IMG/VR virus record: IMGVR_UViG_3300025707_000003
Coordinates: 1-64,000 of that record
DNA: 64,000 bases
Source: a virus
Taxonomy: Duplodnaviria; Caudoviricetes
Reading direction: 5' to 3' (one strand)
A program made the translations under genes and the position numbers. Below are positions 1-8,700 of the stretch, piece after piece. The first letter of the stretch is position 1. Each line of letters opens with the position of its first letter. The notes below the pieces were generated by a model. It had not been told where the DNA came from. It did no database searches and saw only the letters and a list, made by a program, of their open reading frames with translations.

Positions 1-187
1 CAAACATATCGTGGCAGTTGAGGATGTTGAGGATAGTTTCGATCTTAGGGATTGGACGAACCCCGTTTGCAAGGATTGTGGTATGCTCATCTCGGTATGA
101 CTTGATGCGAGCGATACGAGATGCGTTAGTCTCAGCGGCCTTGCCTACAGGCTTAGACCAAACGATTGGGCTGATGTGATCTGACAT
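1..187 (-). CDS. hypothetical protein, runs off the window edge (MSDHISPIVWSKPVGK...)
   Basis: ATG at 187-185 with AAAGGAGA RBS and promoter motif at 224-239; frame open to position 1. Confidence 0.65.
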   Translation of the reverse strand, partial: MSDHISPIVWSKPVGKAAETNASRIARIKSYRDEHTTILANGVRPIPKIETILNILNCHDMF

Positions 188-223
188 AGTTGGTTCTCCT
201 TTAAGAGTTGCTTATACTACTCA

Positions 224-239
224 ATAGATAAGGGGTTAC
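224..239 (-). promoter_or_regulatory. repeated promoter-like motif GTAACCCCTTATCTAT (class A, probably early)
   Basis: 11 near-identical copies: 224-239(-), 4383-4398(-), 4621-4636(-), 4678-4693(+), 13250-13265(-), 13393-13408(-), 13678-13693(-), 27809-27824(+), 32156-32171(+), 50526-50541(-), 51235-51250(+); all except 13393 lie upstream of an RBS and start codon on the same strand. Confidence 0.8.
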
Positions 240-511
240 GACTCAGGCCGTAGCTTCTTCAAACTCTCTATATGACGAGATTCCATAAGGGAGTCGTAGT
301 TTGTCTCTGTGTCGAACTTTTCTCGGTTCTCTAGCCAACCCCTTGCGATCTGGTCTAAAAGGCTAGGAGGGAGGCTTACAGTGACCCCATTACCGATGAT
401 CTGAACGAACCCTCCATGTTTATCTATTTGGAGGTAGGCATTCTCACCCTCAAACATCTCTTGGTAGATATGAAACTCATCACCATGTGTGATTGTAGAC
501 TTTGTACTCAT
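236..511 (-). CDS. hypothetical protein (91 aa)
   Basis: ORF track; its stop codon is the TAA inside the next promoter motif. Confidence 0.65.
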   Translation of the reverse strand: MSTKSTITHGDEFHIYQEMFEGENAYLQIDKHGGFVQIIGNGVTVSLPPSLLDQIARGWLENREKFDTETNYDSLMESRHIESLKKLRPES

Positions 512-523
512 GTGAAGTTCCTT

Positions 524-540
524 TTAATAGTTTATTTATC
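524..540 (+). promoter_or_regulatory. repeated promoter-like motif TTAATAG-N3-NTTTAT(A) (class B, probably late)
   Basis: Copies or variants at 524(+), 11063(-), 12212(-), 13698(+), 22797(-), 25637(+), 33856(-), 39164(-), 42711(-), 44121(-), 45560(-), 46169(-), 48993(-), 51212(-), 62610(-); they precede the sheath operon, fibre genes and leader-bearing genes. Confidence 0.75.
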
Positions 541-589
541 TCTTCTCATAAGTGATCTCTTTAACCTTAACTACAATGGAGAAACCATT

Positions 590-874
590 ATGAGAAGATC
601 AGCTTCAGAAATCATTAATGAGCTTGAGATGAGGGTTGCTCGTCTTGAGAAGTCAGCAGGACAAAGGATTAACTATCTTGATAATGTTATGGAAGGACTC
701 GAAAGGTATAATAAAATAGAAATTCTTTCTGATTATAATACAAGAGATTTAGGCACTAAAGTCCATGCTCCACATCCGAATGATGTAAGAAGAGCGATTT
801 CAAGAAATAAAAAAATCATGGTTCACGCTGTGGACGGTAGGACAAGGTTTACATTAAACTGGCGTCATTTATAA
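590..874 (+). CDS. leader-family protein 1 (MRRSASEIINELEMRVARLEKSA + 71-aa payload)
   Basis: True start is the ATG at 590 (internal Met of ORF 416..874) after ATGGAGA RBS; N-terminus and UTR shared with five other genes. Confidence 0.8.
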   Translation: MRRSASEIINELEMRVARLEKSAGQRINYLDNVMEGLERYNKIEILSDYNTRDLGTKVHAPHPNDVRRAISRNKKIMVHAVDGRTRFTLNWRHL

Positions 875-950
875 TGGACAGGGCAGGATTTGAACCTGCG
901 TACTCCTAAGAGGTCAGATTTACAGTCTGATGTCTTAGGAGTACCTGTCC
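875..950 (-). tRNA. tRNA-Tyr(GTA)-like RNA lacking a D-arm
   Basis: Acceptor GGACAGG/CCTGTCC+A, anticodon arm TCAGA-CTGTAAA-TCTGA and T-arm GCAGG-TTCAAAT-CCTGC are all perfect; only 13 nt sit where the D-arm should be, and they pair with the variable region; no encoded CCA. Confidence 0.7.
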
Positions 951-1014
951 AAAGGGCTAGATTTCCTATCCCTATAGTAAGTTATGCCCCACGAAAACCA
1001 CAGGGCAATTTTCG

Positions 1015-1310
1015 GTCTGCTATGGTAAGCTCGCCCCCCTTAAACGAGTAAGGGTTGAATGAGTCTTAGGGTAGGGTAGGCTTAGACCCTCCAAGTGCAT
1101 ACTGCGATCAGCGTAGAGCCACAACACTGGCGTTATACCTAGTAATTTTAACGCCCTCTCTTTCAAGAGGGTGTTAGGAAGTATCAAAATTTGATTATCC
1201 CCGCTACGAAGAACATTCGTCATTTACGCCCCTCTAGTTTGCAGATTTCGACCGAGTAGTAAAAGAGGAACTTCTGTAAGACTAATGCCAGCCAAACTTT
1301 TACAGCAGAC
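1015..1310. ncRNA. candidate ~296-nt structured ncRNA
   Basis: Terminal helix 1015-1023/1302-1310, nested helix 1062-1068/1277-1283, internal hairpin 1149-1176; no credible CDS; lies between tRNA-like genes; orientation unresolved. Confidence 0.4.
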
Positions 1311-1333
1311 AAATGATCTTCGCCAATACAAAG

Positions 1334-1406
1334 TGTACCCGCTAGGACTCACACCTAGTTCTCTTGCCTACTATGACAAGGCTTTATTCGTTAAGCTACA
1401 TGGTAC
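1334..1406 (-). pseudogene. degenerate tRNA-like element
   Basis: Cloverleaf spacing with bulged acceptor GTACC(A)TG/CGGGTAC, D-stem GCTT/AAGC and stem CTTGTC/GGCAAG, but a 6-nt anticodon loop and non-canonical T-loop TGTGAGT. Confidence 0.45.
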
Positions 1407-1511
1407 ATAAGCGACCCTTACTAGAAATCTAGCGATAACCATACTGTGTCCATCAACCACGAAGAACACAATACAGGGTCTAGTTATCTCCCCAACCAAG
1501 AGGTTATAGGC

Positions 1512-1547
1512 TCACCTATTCTTTATAACAAGATAAAGAATAGGTGA
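1512..1547. repeat. perfect 15-bp inverted repeat
   Basis: TCACCTATTCTTTAT-aacaag-ATAAAGAATAGGTGA. Confidence 0.85.
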
Positions 1548-1805
1548 ACGAGAGGAATGAGCAGACTTCCTCAATGCCTTGTCCGCATCAGCGTAATGCC
1601 CTACTCCACCATTGTACATTTATGGGTTGCACCCCTCTTGGTTAGGTTATGTTGCGAACTCATAGTTCCCCAAGAGCTATTATCCTCTTTAACGGTGGCA
1701 ATAAGAGGCGTAAACAACCCCCAGACAAGACCAAAGCAAACGCTTATCTGTTTCTCCATTCTCCCTATGCGTCTGTTTGAAGAGTTCCTATAAAAGAACA
1801 GAAAA

Positions 1806-1897
1806 TGGTCGCTCAATCTGGAATCGAACCAGAATCCCACCTCGAAGAGACAAAACCCCTATAAAGAGAATCACTAGAGGAGAATACCAATTAAGCG
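1806..1897 (-). ncRNA. tRNA-like RNA with acceptor stem, T-arm and encoded CCA but no recognisable D or anticodon arm
   Basis: CGCTTAA/TTGAGCG acceptor, TCTGG-TTCGATT-CCAGA T-arm, A-CCA end; interior forms an irregular long stem. Confidence 0.55.
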
Positions 1898-1899
1898 AG

Positions 1900-1971
1900 C
1901 ACACCAAGTAGGATTTGAACCTACGACCTGCGGCTTAGAAGGCCGATGCTCTTCCACTGAGCTATTGGTGC
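1900..1971 (-). tRNA. tRNA-Arg(TCT)
   Basis: GCACCAA/TTGGTGT acceptor, TAGCTCAGTGGAAGAGCA D-arm, CT-TCT-AA loop, GTAGG-TTCAAAT-CCTAC T-arm; no encoded CCA. Confidence 0.92.
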
Positions 1972-2295
1972 TAAAAGCTCCGTTTTGCCCTACTTTACGG
2001 AACAACAAAGTGGAGACACCTATGAGAAAGGTGAAGGGCGAGTTATTATACAACGAATCTCCTCAAAATCTAAACTATTTAGACTTTGGTGCGTTACCTC
2101 GACCACCGCCACTAGGGCGACCAGTCGAAGATGGATAGTTAGGGTTTCCCATGACTATACTCCTATTTCAATGTTGTACTCTTAAGTGTGGTGGAGAAGT
2201 TCCTTAGCTTCTTAGGTCTAAGAGTTTGACCTACCTTGTTCTTTCTCAGTTCCTCACGATCAAGGGCTTTTGTGAGTTTACCGTCCTTGTGTTAG

Positions 2296-2355
2296 ACCCC
2301 CCTCTACCCATTCTTTCTTTCATCCAAGGCAAAATAAAAGAAAGTAGAGGGGGGT
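2296..2355. terminator. long hairpin directly downstream of tRNA-Arg(CCT); terminator or processing signal
   Basis: ACCCCCCTCTAC/GTAGAGGGGGGT 12-bp perfect stem plus inner TTTCTTTT/AAAAGAAA. Confidence 0.5.
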
Positions 2356-2357
2356 AA

Positions 2358-2429
2358 TACACTAGGTAGGGATCGAACCTACGACCTACACTTTAGGAAA
2401 GTGTTGCTCTTCCACTGAGCTACTAATGT
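2358..2429 (-). tRNA. tRNA-Arg(CCT)
   Basis: ACATTAG/CTAGTGT acceptor, same D-arm as the TCT tRNA, ACACT-TTCCTAA-AGTGT anticodon arm, GTAGG-TTCGATC-CCTAC T-arm. Confidence 0.92.
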
Positions 2430-2526
2430 AAAGTTAAGTTCATATCGAGATTTCAAAGATCTTTGAAGCGTTCAACAACACTCACAAAGGTATTATACAA
2501 AAAAGACCCTCAAAGGAACAACAAAA

Positions 2527-2796
2527 ATGGAAGAACTTATATATCTTGAACCACGATCAACATTCGACACGATGATTCTCGGAGTGGCAGAAGGAACTCC
2601 CAAACTCGTTTATGACCTAGACGCTATGATTTCTCACTGGGTTAAAGAGTTTCAAGACAAAGAAACCTCAGAAGAGGAAGCTCACACAATGGCTATTGAA
2701 TGGTTTGAGTTTAATGTACTCGGTGCATATTGGGGTGAGCATACACCTGTTTATGTCTCTAAGTCAGCCCTCGACCACATTGAAGACTGCCTCTAA
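2527..2796 (+). CDS. conserved phage hypothetical protein
   Basis: AAAGGA RBS; VYD...EEA..W.EFN..GAY.GE.TP pattern recalled from many phage small proteins. Confidence 0.75.
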   Translation: MEELIYLEPRSTFDTMILGVAEGTPKLVYDLDAMISHWVKEFQDKETSEEEAHTMAIEWFEFNVLGAYWGEHTPVYVSKSALDHIEDCL

Positions 2797-3063
2797 GCTC
2801 TCTAAGAACGAGCCTACATCAAGCCCATCGTAGTCAACTAAGTTCATAGAGATGTTATTTGTGAGCTTGGTCTGGCTTTGAGTCATACTACTCCTAAGTA
2901 TCGGTGTCTTTCGGTCAGTAGAACCAAAGATCTGGAGAAAGACACCTTCAAACTTTTTGTGTTCTCGATTCGCAAAACTAAAGTCGATGTACCCTATATG
3001 GTTCTCAAATGTAGGGTCGATCTTCACTCTGCTCTTGACTACTAAAAGACTCGGCTTTCCCAT
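2764..3063 (-). CDS. hypothetical protein (99 aa)
   Basis: Start overlaps the ligase stop codon (TAATG coupling). Confidence 0.55.
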   Translation of the reverse strand: MGKPSLLVVKSRVKIDPTFENHIGYIDFSFANREHKKFEGVFLQIFGSTDRKTPILRSSMTQSQTKLTNNISMNLVDYDGLDVGSFLESLEAVFNVVEG

Positions 3064-4022
3064 TAGATCACTCCAAACTCAAAGGTACATTCCTCTGGTA
3101 GCTTATCTTCACGCCAACGCTCAAGCACAGGGTGTCGCAACGCTCCTGTAGGGTATTGACCGTAAGCCTTGATCTCAGCTACTTGACCTACATATTGCTC
3201 CATGTCTTCACGAGGTCCTGTCTCTCCAAGAGATCCAACGATACGGAGCTTTCCTTTTGAGTCATAGAAACCATAGTTTAATCCCACATATCCCTTGACC
3301 CAAGGATCAGTGTGAAGCCCCTCTGGGTAGAGTTTTCCATCTTGACGATAGACCTCTCCTGGTCGTACTCGCCACTCACTAGGCTTTGCATTTGCGTCAA
3401 CGATCACCACATCGTGGGTGTCAGTGAACTTATGCTTCACCCATGCACTACGACTATTAGCCTTGTATGGTTCAGACACCTTCTTGAGCATGATACCCTC
3501 ATGCCCCCGATCAGAAGCGATCTCCATGAGGTTTTCAGTTGTCCACTCGTTCATGTAGTAGAGCTGACTCAAACTGATATGCTCCATGTTATTGCACTGG
3601 ATTACAGACTCAAGGATAGCCCTACGCTTATCCCAAGATAGATCACCGACATACTGACCCTCATGGTAGAGGATGTCGAAAGCCACGAACCCAAGCGATG
3701 TGGGGTCTTCTGCTCTGAGATTAGAGACTCGATCAGAACCTTCTGCTCCTTGCTTCGGCAAAATCTCCCCATCGAGTAAAGTGCCTACTGGACACTCGTT
3801 TTGGATATGATCCATACGAGCGATGTCCTTGCCTATACGACTCCAAGCACAGGTTTGACCAACGAGCATACGGTGTCCGTCTAGCTTCATCTCGCCCACC
3901 CATTGACTTGACCCTGCGATCTTCTCAAGGACATTCTTGCCCTTGTGAGAGCCTTTGGCGAGTTGAGGTCGGAGGAAGTCATAAGTTCCACATGATGATG
4001 TCTTTTCGATTTTCTTTGGCAT
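3063..4022 (-). CDS. lig: ATP-dependent DNA ligase
   Basis: Motif I EMKLDGHR (KxDG), LDGEI, FDIL, EGIMLK, WVKHK; C-terminal OB domain with LRHP. Confidence 0.92.
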   Translation of the reverse strand: MPKKIEKTSSCGTYDFLRPQLAKGSHKGKNVLEKIAGSSQWVGEMKLDGHRMLVGQTCAWSRIGKDIARMDHIQNECPVGTLLDGEILPKQGAEGSDRVSNLRAEDPTSLGFVAFDILYHEGQYVGDLSWDKRRAILESVIQCNNMEHISLSQLYYMNEWTTENLMEIASDRGHEGIMLKKVSEPYKANSRSAWVKHKFTDTHDVVIVDANAKPSEWRVRPGEVYRQDGKLYPEGLHTDPWVKGYVGLNYGFYDSKGKLRIVGSLGETGPREDMEQYVGQVAEIKAYGQYPTGALRHPVLERWREDKLPEECTFEFGVI

Positions 4023-4042
4023 TGTTTTCTCCTTTCAAGAGA

Positions 4043-4357
4043 CTAAGCGTCATAACACCAATCACCGATGGTGATCAGTTGGATTATCCCATTACAATAA
4101 GAGGGGGTGAGGTTAAATGGGGTGTCGCTCTCTGCTTTAGGGAGAGCTCTTGCTATTTCTTTTACTCCAAAGATGAGACAATGAGGATCATACCCAACAA
4201 TAAAATCTCCATTATCCCAAGATACGAGTATCTCACCCCCATCAACCTCTGTTTGATAACCACCAAAATTGATGGTGTTTAAGGCATTGATGTCAATGCT
4301 ATTAATAGCATTTTTTATTGTTTCAAAGATGGCCTCTGCTTTTGATAACTCTTTCAT
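4043..4357 (-). CDS. hypothetical protein
   Basis: Class A promoter plus CTCTTGAAAGGAGA RBS element. Confidence 0.75.
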   Translation of the reverse strand: MKELSKAEAIFETIKNAINSIDINALNTINFGGYQTEVDGGEILVSWDNGDFIVGYDPHCLIFGVKEIARALPKAESDTPFNLTPSYCNGIIQLITIGDWCYDA

Positions 4358-4408
4358 TTGTGTTCTCCTTTCAAGAGATTTAATAAATAAGGGGTCACGA
4401 ACACCCCA

Positions 4409-4579
4409 TCACCAACCTCGAACTTTCTGTCGGCAAGCCTTTTTGTTGCGAGCCTTCTTACGGTCTTGGTGGGCATTTGACTTCCCACACCAAACATTGG
4501 TGCTACCTCCATTTGCGAAGTGAGCCTTACGAAGAGAAGCCTTTTGAGCCTTATGGGAGTCTTGTTTCTTACTAGCCAT
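4409..4579 (-). CDS. small basic hypothetical protein (MASKKQDSHK...)
   Basis: Start moved to the ATG at 4579 behind GAAAGGAGA; class A promoter at 4621. Confidence 0.7.
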   Translation of the reverse strand: MASKKQDSHKAQKASLRKAHFANGGSTNVWCGKSNAHQDRKKARNKKACRQKVRGW

Positions 4580-4748
4580 TTTGTTTCTCCTTTCAAGAGT
4601 TGTTCGGGCTACACTAGACGATAGATAAGGGGTTACGCTTTCACTAAGCCCCTTATCTATCAAATACTTACAATACTGTAACCCCTTATCTATATACTTA
4701 ATGTGAGCATGATCGCTCCACTAACCTACTCCCCACTAGGAGAACATC

Positions 4749-4832
4749 ATGGAAGTTATCTTTTTTCTCTCATTACCGATCATCCTTGCCAGCCTGCTCA
4801 GGTTGGCGTGGATGCTCTCTGAACCATATTGA
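4749..4832 (+). CDS. 27-aa hydrophobic peptide
   Basis: AGGAGA RBS after class A promoter at 4678; too short for the ORF track. Confidence 0.4.
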   Translation: MEVIFFLSLPIILASLLRLAWMLSEPY

Positions 4833-4866
4833 AACCCCCCACCTACTCCCAACAAGGAGAACAACT

Positions 4867-5367
4867 ATGAGTTTTACTTTTAAAACCACAAACAAAAATG
4901 CACTAGGATACTACCAACAAGCAACCACAGATCGGATCTTTTCGATCCAAGATCTCGTGGCTCACTGTGTCTCAGAATCAGGATCAGACTTGCAATCTGA
5001 GGGCATGAGTTTAGGTCGAATCGACCTCGCAAAAGGTGATGTGATCTCTCTTGACTTCAGTCTCTATTCAAGTCGGGAGGGTAAAGAAACGCTTGGGACG
5101 AATTTAGGTGGGGACTCGATCTCATCAGGGGTCTGGGGCAATCAATGGGTAGTGAACTTAAACGCTATGACCATGAGTGGTGAAAGGCACTTGGTAAAGC
5201 AGTTTAAGTTCACTCAACCGATGTTGAGCCGATACTCCTGCACCTCCTCAGACGCTAGTGTAAAGCGTAAGCATACTAAGTTGGTTAAAGACCACTTAGA
5301 GCGATGCACAAGTGACATGAGCAGTTTCCTCAAACACTATATCAAAAGGGTTCAGGTTCAGTCTTAA
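4867..5367 (+). CDS. hypothetical protein (MSFTFKTTNK...)
   Basis: AAGGAGA RBS before internal Met of ORF 4786..5367. Confidence 0.7.
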   Translation: MSFTFKTTNKNALGYYQQATTDRIFSIQDLVAHCVSESGSDLQSEGMSLGRIDLAKGDVISLDFSLYSSREGKETLGTNLGGDSISSGVWGNQWVVNLNAMTMSGERHLVKQFKFTQPMLSRYSCTSSDASVKRKHTKLVKDHLERCTSDMSSFLKHYIKRVQVQS

Positions 5368-5404
5368 AACCCCTCGCCAACCACTTCCAACAAGGAGAAG
5401 AAAA

Positions 5405-5728
5405 ATGCTTCTAATCTGTAATCAAAACCCGAACAAGAGATGGCAATGGAACATCTTTCTTGATGGTTGTTTTGTTGGATATATCGACAAACACCAGACC
5501 CACATATCAGACACAACCCGCCTTTATTCAGAGTATACTGTCTTTGGTCTTACGAGTACACACAGGGATAACTCGATCATACTGTCTTCAACCACAATGA
5601 ACACACTCAAGGATGCAAAAGATTGGGTTCGCAAGAACCTTTCGACTAGAGCAGACTTCCTCAAGGCGATTGCTCTCGCTCAATACGAGCAGGTTGAAGA
5701 ATTATTCTTACAGCCTATAAGAACATAA
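5405..5728 (+). CDS. hypothetical protein
   Basis: AAGGAGA RBS. Confidence 0.7.
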   Translation: MLLICNQNPNKRWQWNIFLDGCFVGYIDKHQTHISDTTRLYSEYTVFGLTSTHRDNSIILSSTTMNTLKDAKDWVRKNLSTRADFLKAIALAQYEQVEELFLQPIRT

Positions 5729-5746
5729 TATTCTTATAGGCTGTAA
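5708..5746. terminator. 16-bp perfect inverted repeat between convergent genes; likely bidirectional terminator
   Basis: TTACAGCCTATAAGAA-cataata-TTCTTATAGGCTGTAA. Confidence 0.65.
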
Positions 5747-5798
5747 AGGTAACCCCTAGATTGCCCCTAGATTGCTCTTAGAGAGGACTTTCCTCTAC

Positions 5799-8700
5799 TT
5801 AGCTACCTTGTACAGTAAAGGTGAACTGAATGTAAAGGAGAGGGAATACAGGCTTGTAAAACACATCAACCAAAAGACCTGTTGGGTCGTTAGGGTCGGT
5901 GGCTACAGTAAGACCTGTGTAAGTCGAGATGATCTGATCTCTAACCAGTTGCTTAAAGAGTCCATTCACACGACCCTCGATCTGAGAAATCGTATTCGGA
6001 ACAAACTTAGTACCGATGTAGCGATTACAAAGATTACGAACACGCAAGTGAACATCATCGGCAATCTGAACAACAGTCGGAGTCTTGGTAAGGACAGAAG
6101 TCATGTTAGTGGTCAAACCATGTCTAACTTGAATACCTTGTGGGGTCTGCTTGAGAACGGTGATACCTGCGTTAGCTGTTGTATTAGCGTCAACATCATC
6201 AAGGATACGACCAAGATCAGTAAACCCATTAATAACCCTGTTTGTCCAAGGCTCTGCTGAGTCAATCGTAGGATTGGAGGTAGCCATAGCAACTGCAACT
6301 GCAACCATCTCACCACCAACAAAGTAGCTTTGAGCCACACCTTGAGAGTCTGTAAAACGAATGTTAGCAATATCTGGATATACCAAACATATACGAGAGT
6401 TCCCTGTTGCTTGAGCTAGTGCTTGAGCATCACGAGGCTGAGTACCTACAGCACAACCAAGAACAGCCCTACGCTCTGAACGATAACGCAATGATGACTG
6501 AACATCACAGTGATTAGAAATCGCTGAGAGAAGTGCTGTCGAAGCTGGCATCAGAGGTACGATCACACTTGGCGAAAGACCTGGTACAATCTCACCCTCA
6601 ATCTGTTGAACTGCAATCAACATCTGATCTTCAGTAGGTGAAACTACTCCTGTATCGAGTTGGATTTGCTTACAAGCAAGTGCTGTCGCTCCATTAGAGA
6701 ACGCAAGGAACGCACCCATTGACAAGGTGTTCTCAAGAGAAATCTCACCATAAGTACGAACAACATCGGCAAGGTTAGTGAAAGTCCTCGTATTGAAACT
6801 CGAACGATCTCTAGTGAAGTCGATGTAATAAGTCTGACCGACAGTAGGCTCTTTACCTCCCTTATAGTATGTCTCTACAAGAGCGTTATCACCAATCGCT
6901 GTATCAAGAGTATTAGTTACTCTTAAAGAAACACCTGGAATAGCGTACTGTGCAATGTTCGCATTAGTCTTGAGACTAGAGCTTACATTAAAGGTCATAG
7001 TCGCATCTGCACCTGTTGGGTAAGCTACACCACCCTCTCTAGGAAGAATGGTGATTGTGAAACCTGTCACCGAGTCAACATAAGTTTGACTCACTCGCCC
7101 ATCTGCACCAACAGCATCCTTAAGGGTAGAAGTACCTGCTGAACCTGTGCCTTTAGGGTTATTCGATGAAAGGTTATAACCTTGATAAGCGGCTTCGCCT
7201 ACAGCACCCGAATCAGTAGTGATCTTTAGACCTGTACCCTTAGTAGTAGCAACATTACCACCTGTCACATCAAGGATACTATCAACACCTGCTTCAAGGG
7301 ATTCAAAACCAAGATACTGTTTTCCTACAGCGTCAGTGTGAATAAGAGCAACAGCGTTAGTACCAAACTTGGTTACATCTCCTCCTGTCTGATCGACTGA
7401 GAAAAGAGCTAATGAAAGAGCACCACCTGCTTCAAGACTACTCATAAGAGCGTCTGAAAGAGACTGTGCTGAAAGACCCTTAGTAGCAACCACAGTACCT
7501 TCGGTTAGACCAAATGCTGTGTTCGCAGTGCCTGCTCCAACTTTGATGTAAGAGGTGGTCGTATTCGTGTCGCTTACAATACGAATGTACTGACCTTCAA
7601 CATGAGCAGTAGCTGTAAGAAGTCCGTCTACACCATGATTCAAGAGAGTCACAATGTCTTGGATATCAAGGTCTGTTCCTGCACCATTTGCTGTCATAGT
7701 AACAGATACTGGTGTCCCATCAATGGTGAGCGAAAGAACTTGGTTAGCATCTTCAGCCCCTGTACCATCGTAGAACTTCTTAGATGGGATATAGGTATCG
7801 TTAGAAATCTCATCCCAACCTACTGTAAGCCTTAAACTAGGGTTGTCGAGAACCGAAGTACGGGTTGAAATAACATTAAGAGTTGGTGAGATACCCATGA
7901 GATCAAGGTTAGTGCCTGTGGTGACACTTAATCCAAGATCAACTGGTGAATAGTATTTATTACCGATGAAAGTACGATTTCTTAAGATCAAACGATCTCT
8001 AAGAGCACCACCACCAAGAGCAGTCGAAACCTTAGTCGCTACAGGAAGAATACCAACCTTAGTTTGAGTGCCTCCAATAGCGGCGGCAAAGTCAATACCT
8101 GCCACATCAAGGAAATCACCACCTGCACTTGTAAACTCAATGTACCCATAGGCATCAGCCACAGGGAGTGTGGTGAGTTCAAAGGTAAGCCTATTAGATG
8201 AATCAGATCCAACTGTAATATCTAAGTTTGCGTAAGCTCCACCCACAGCCGCAATCTGTAAGTCAATCGCGGCTTGTACCTTGGCTACAAGATCAGCGAC
8301 TAAAACATAGTTCCCTGCATCAATAGTACAGTTTGCAAATGTTTGTCCTGCGTTCGCATTACCTGTGTACTGAAAAGTGAACTTACGATATGCGTCTGCA
8401 ACACCAACATTTGAAGCTGTCCAAGCCCCCATAGGAGACATAGCAGTATAAACAGGCTTAACGAGGTTAGCTTGAGTGTTAATTTCTGCAACAAGGTGAG
8501 TGATTGTCTTGTCATCTCCTGCAACTGTAGCAGAAGCCAATGCTTTACCATCAACTACAAGATCAACCGAAGTTGAGATAGCAGTACCAAGATCAGCGTT
8601 GTTAGACTCTGCGGTATAAGGAAGAACCTCACCTACAGCATGAGTCATATGTCCAAGACGACTACTTCCTGTAGGTTCATCAAACAGAACAACAACAGGA

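Noticed and set aside
1015-1310. RNase P RNA or group I intron assignment
   Set aside because: GAGGAAAGUCC and the other conserved regions are missing, and the P7-like elements are in the wrong order. Kept only as an unclassified structured RNA candidate.
2040-2147. Leu/Ser-type D-arm-like sequence plus a hairpin with TAG loop
   Set aside because: No T-arm or matching acceptor 3' strand; cannot be supported as a tRNA.
2189-2302. tmRNA-like 3' end (CTCCACCA on the minus strand) with a G-run upstream
   Set aside because: No T-arm precedes the acceptor strand, no tag ORF is present, and the G-run is tied up in a separate 12-bp hairpin.
3063-4022. RNA ligase partner for the HAD/2H enzymes
   Set aside because: The C-terminal OB domain with LRHP marks it as a DNA ligase.
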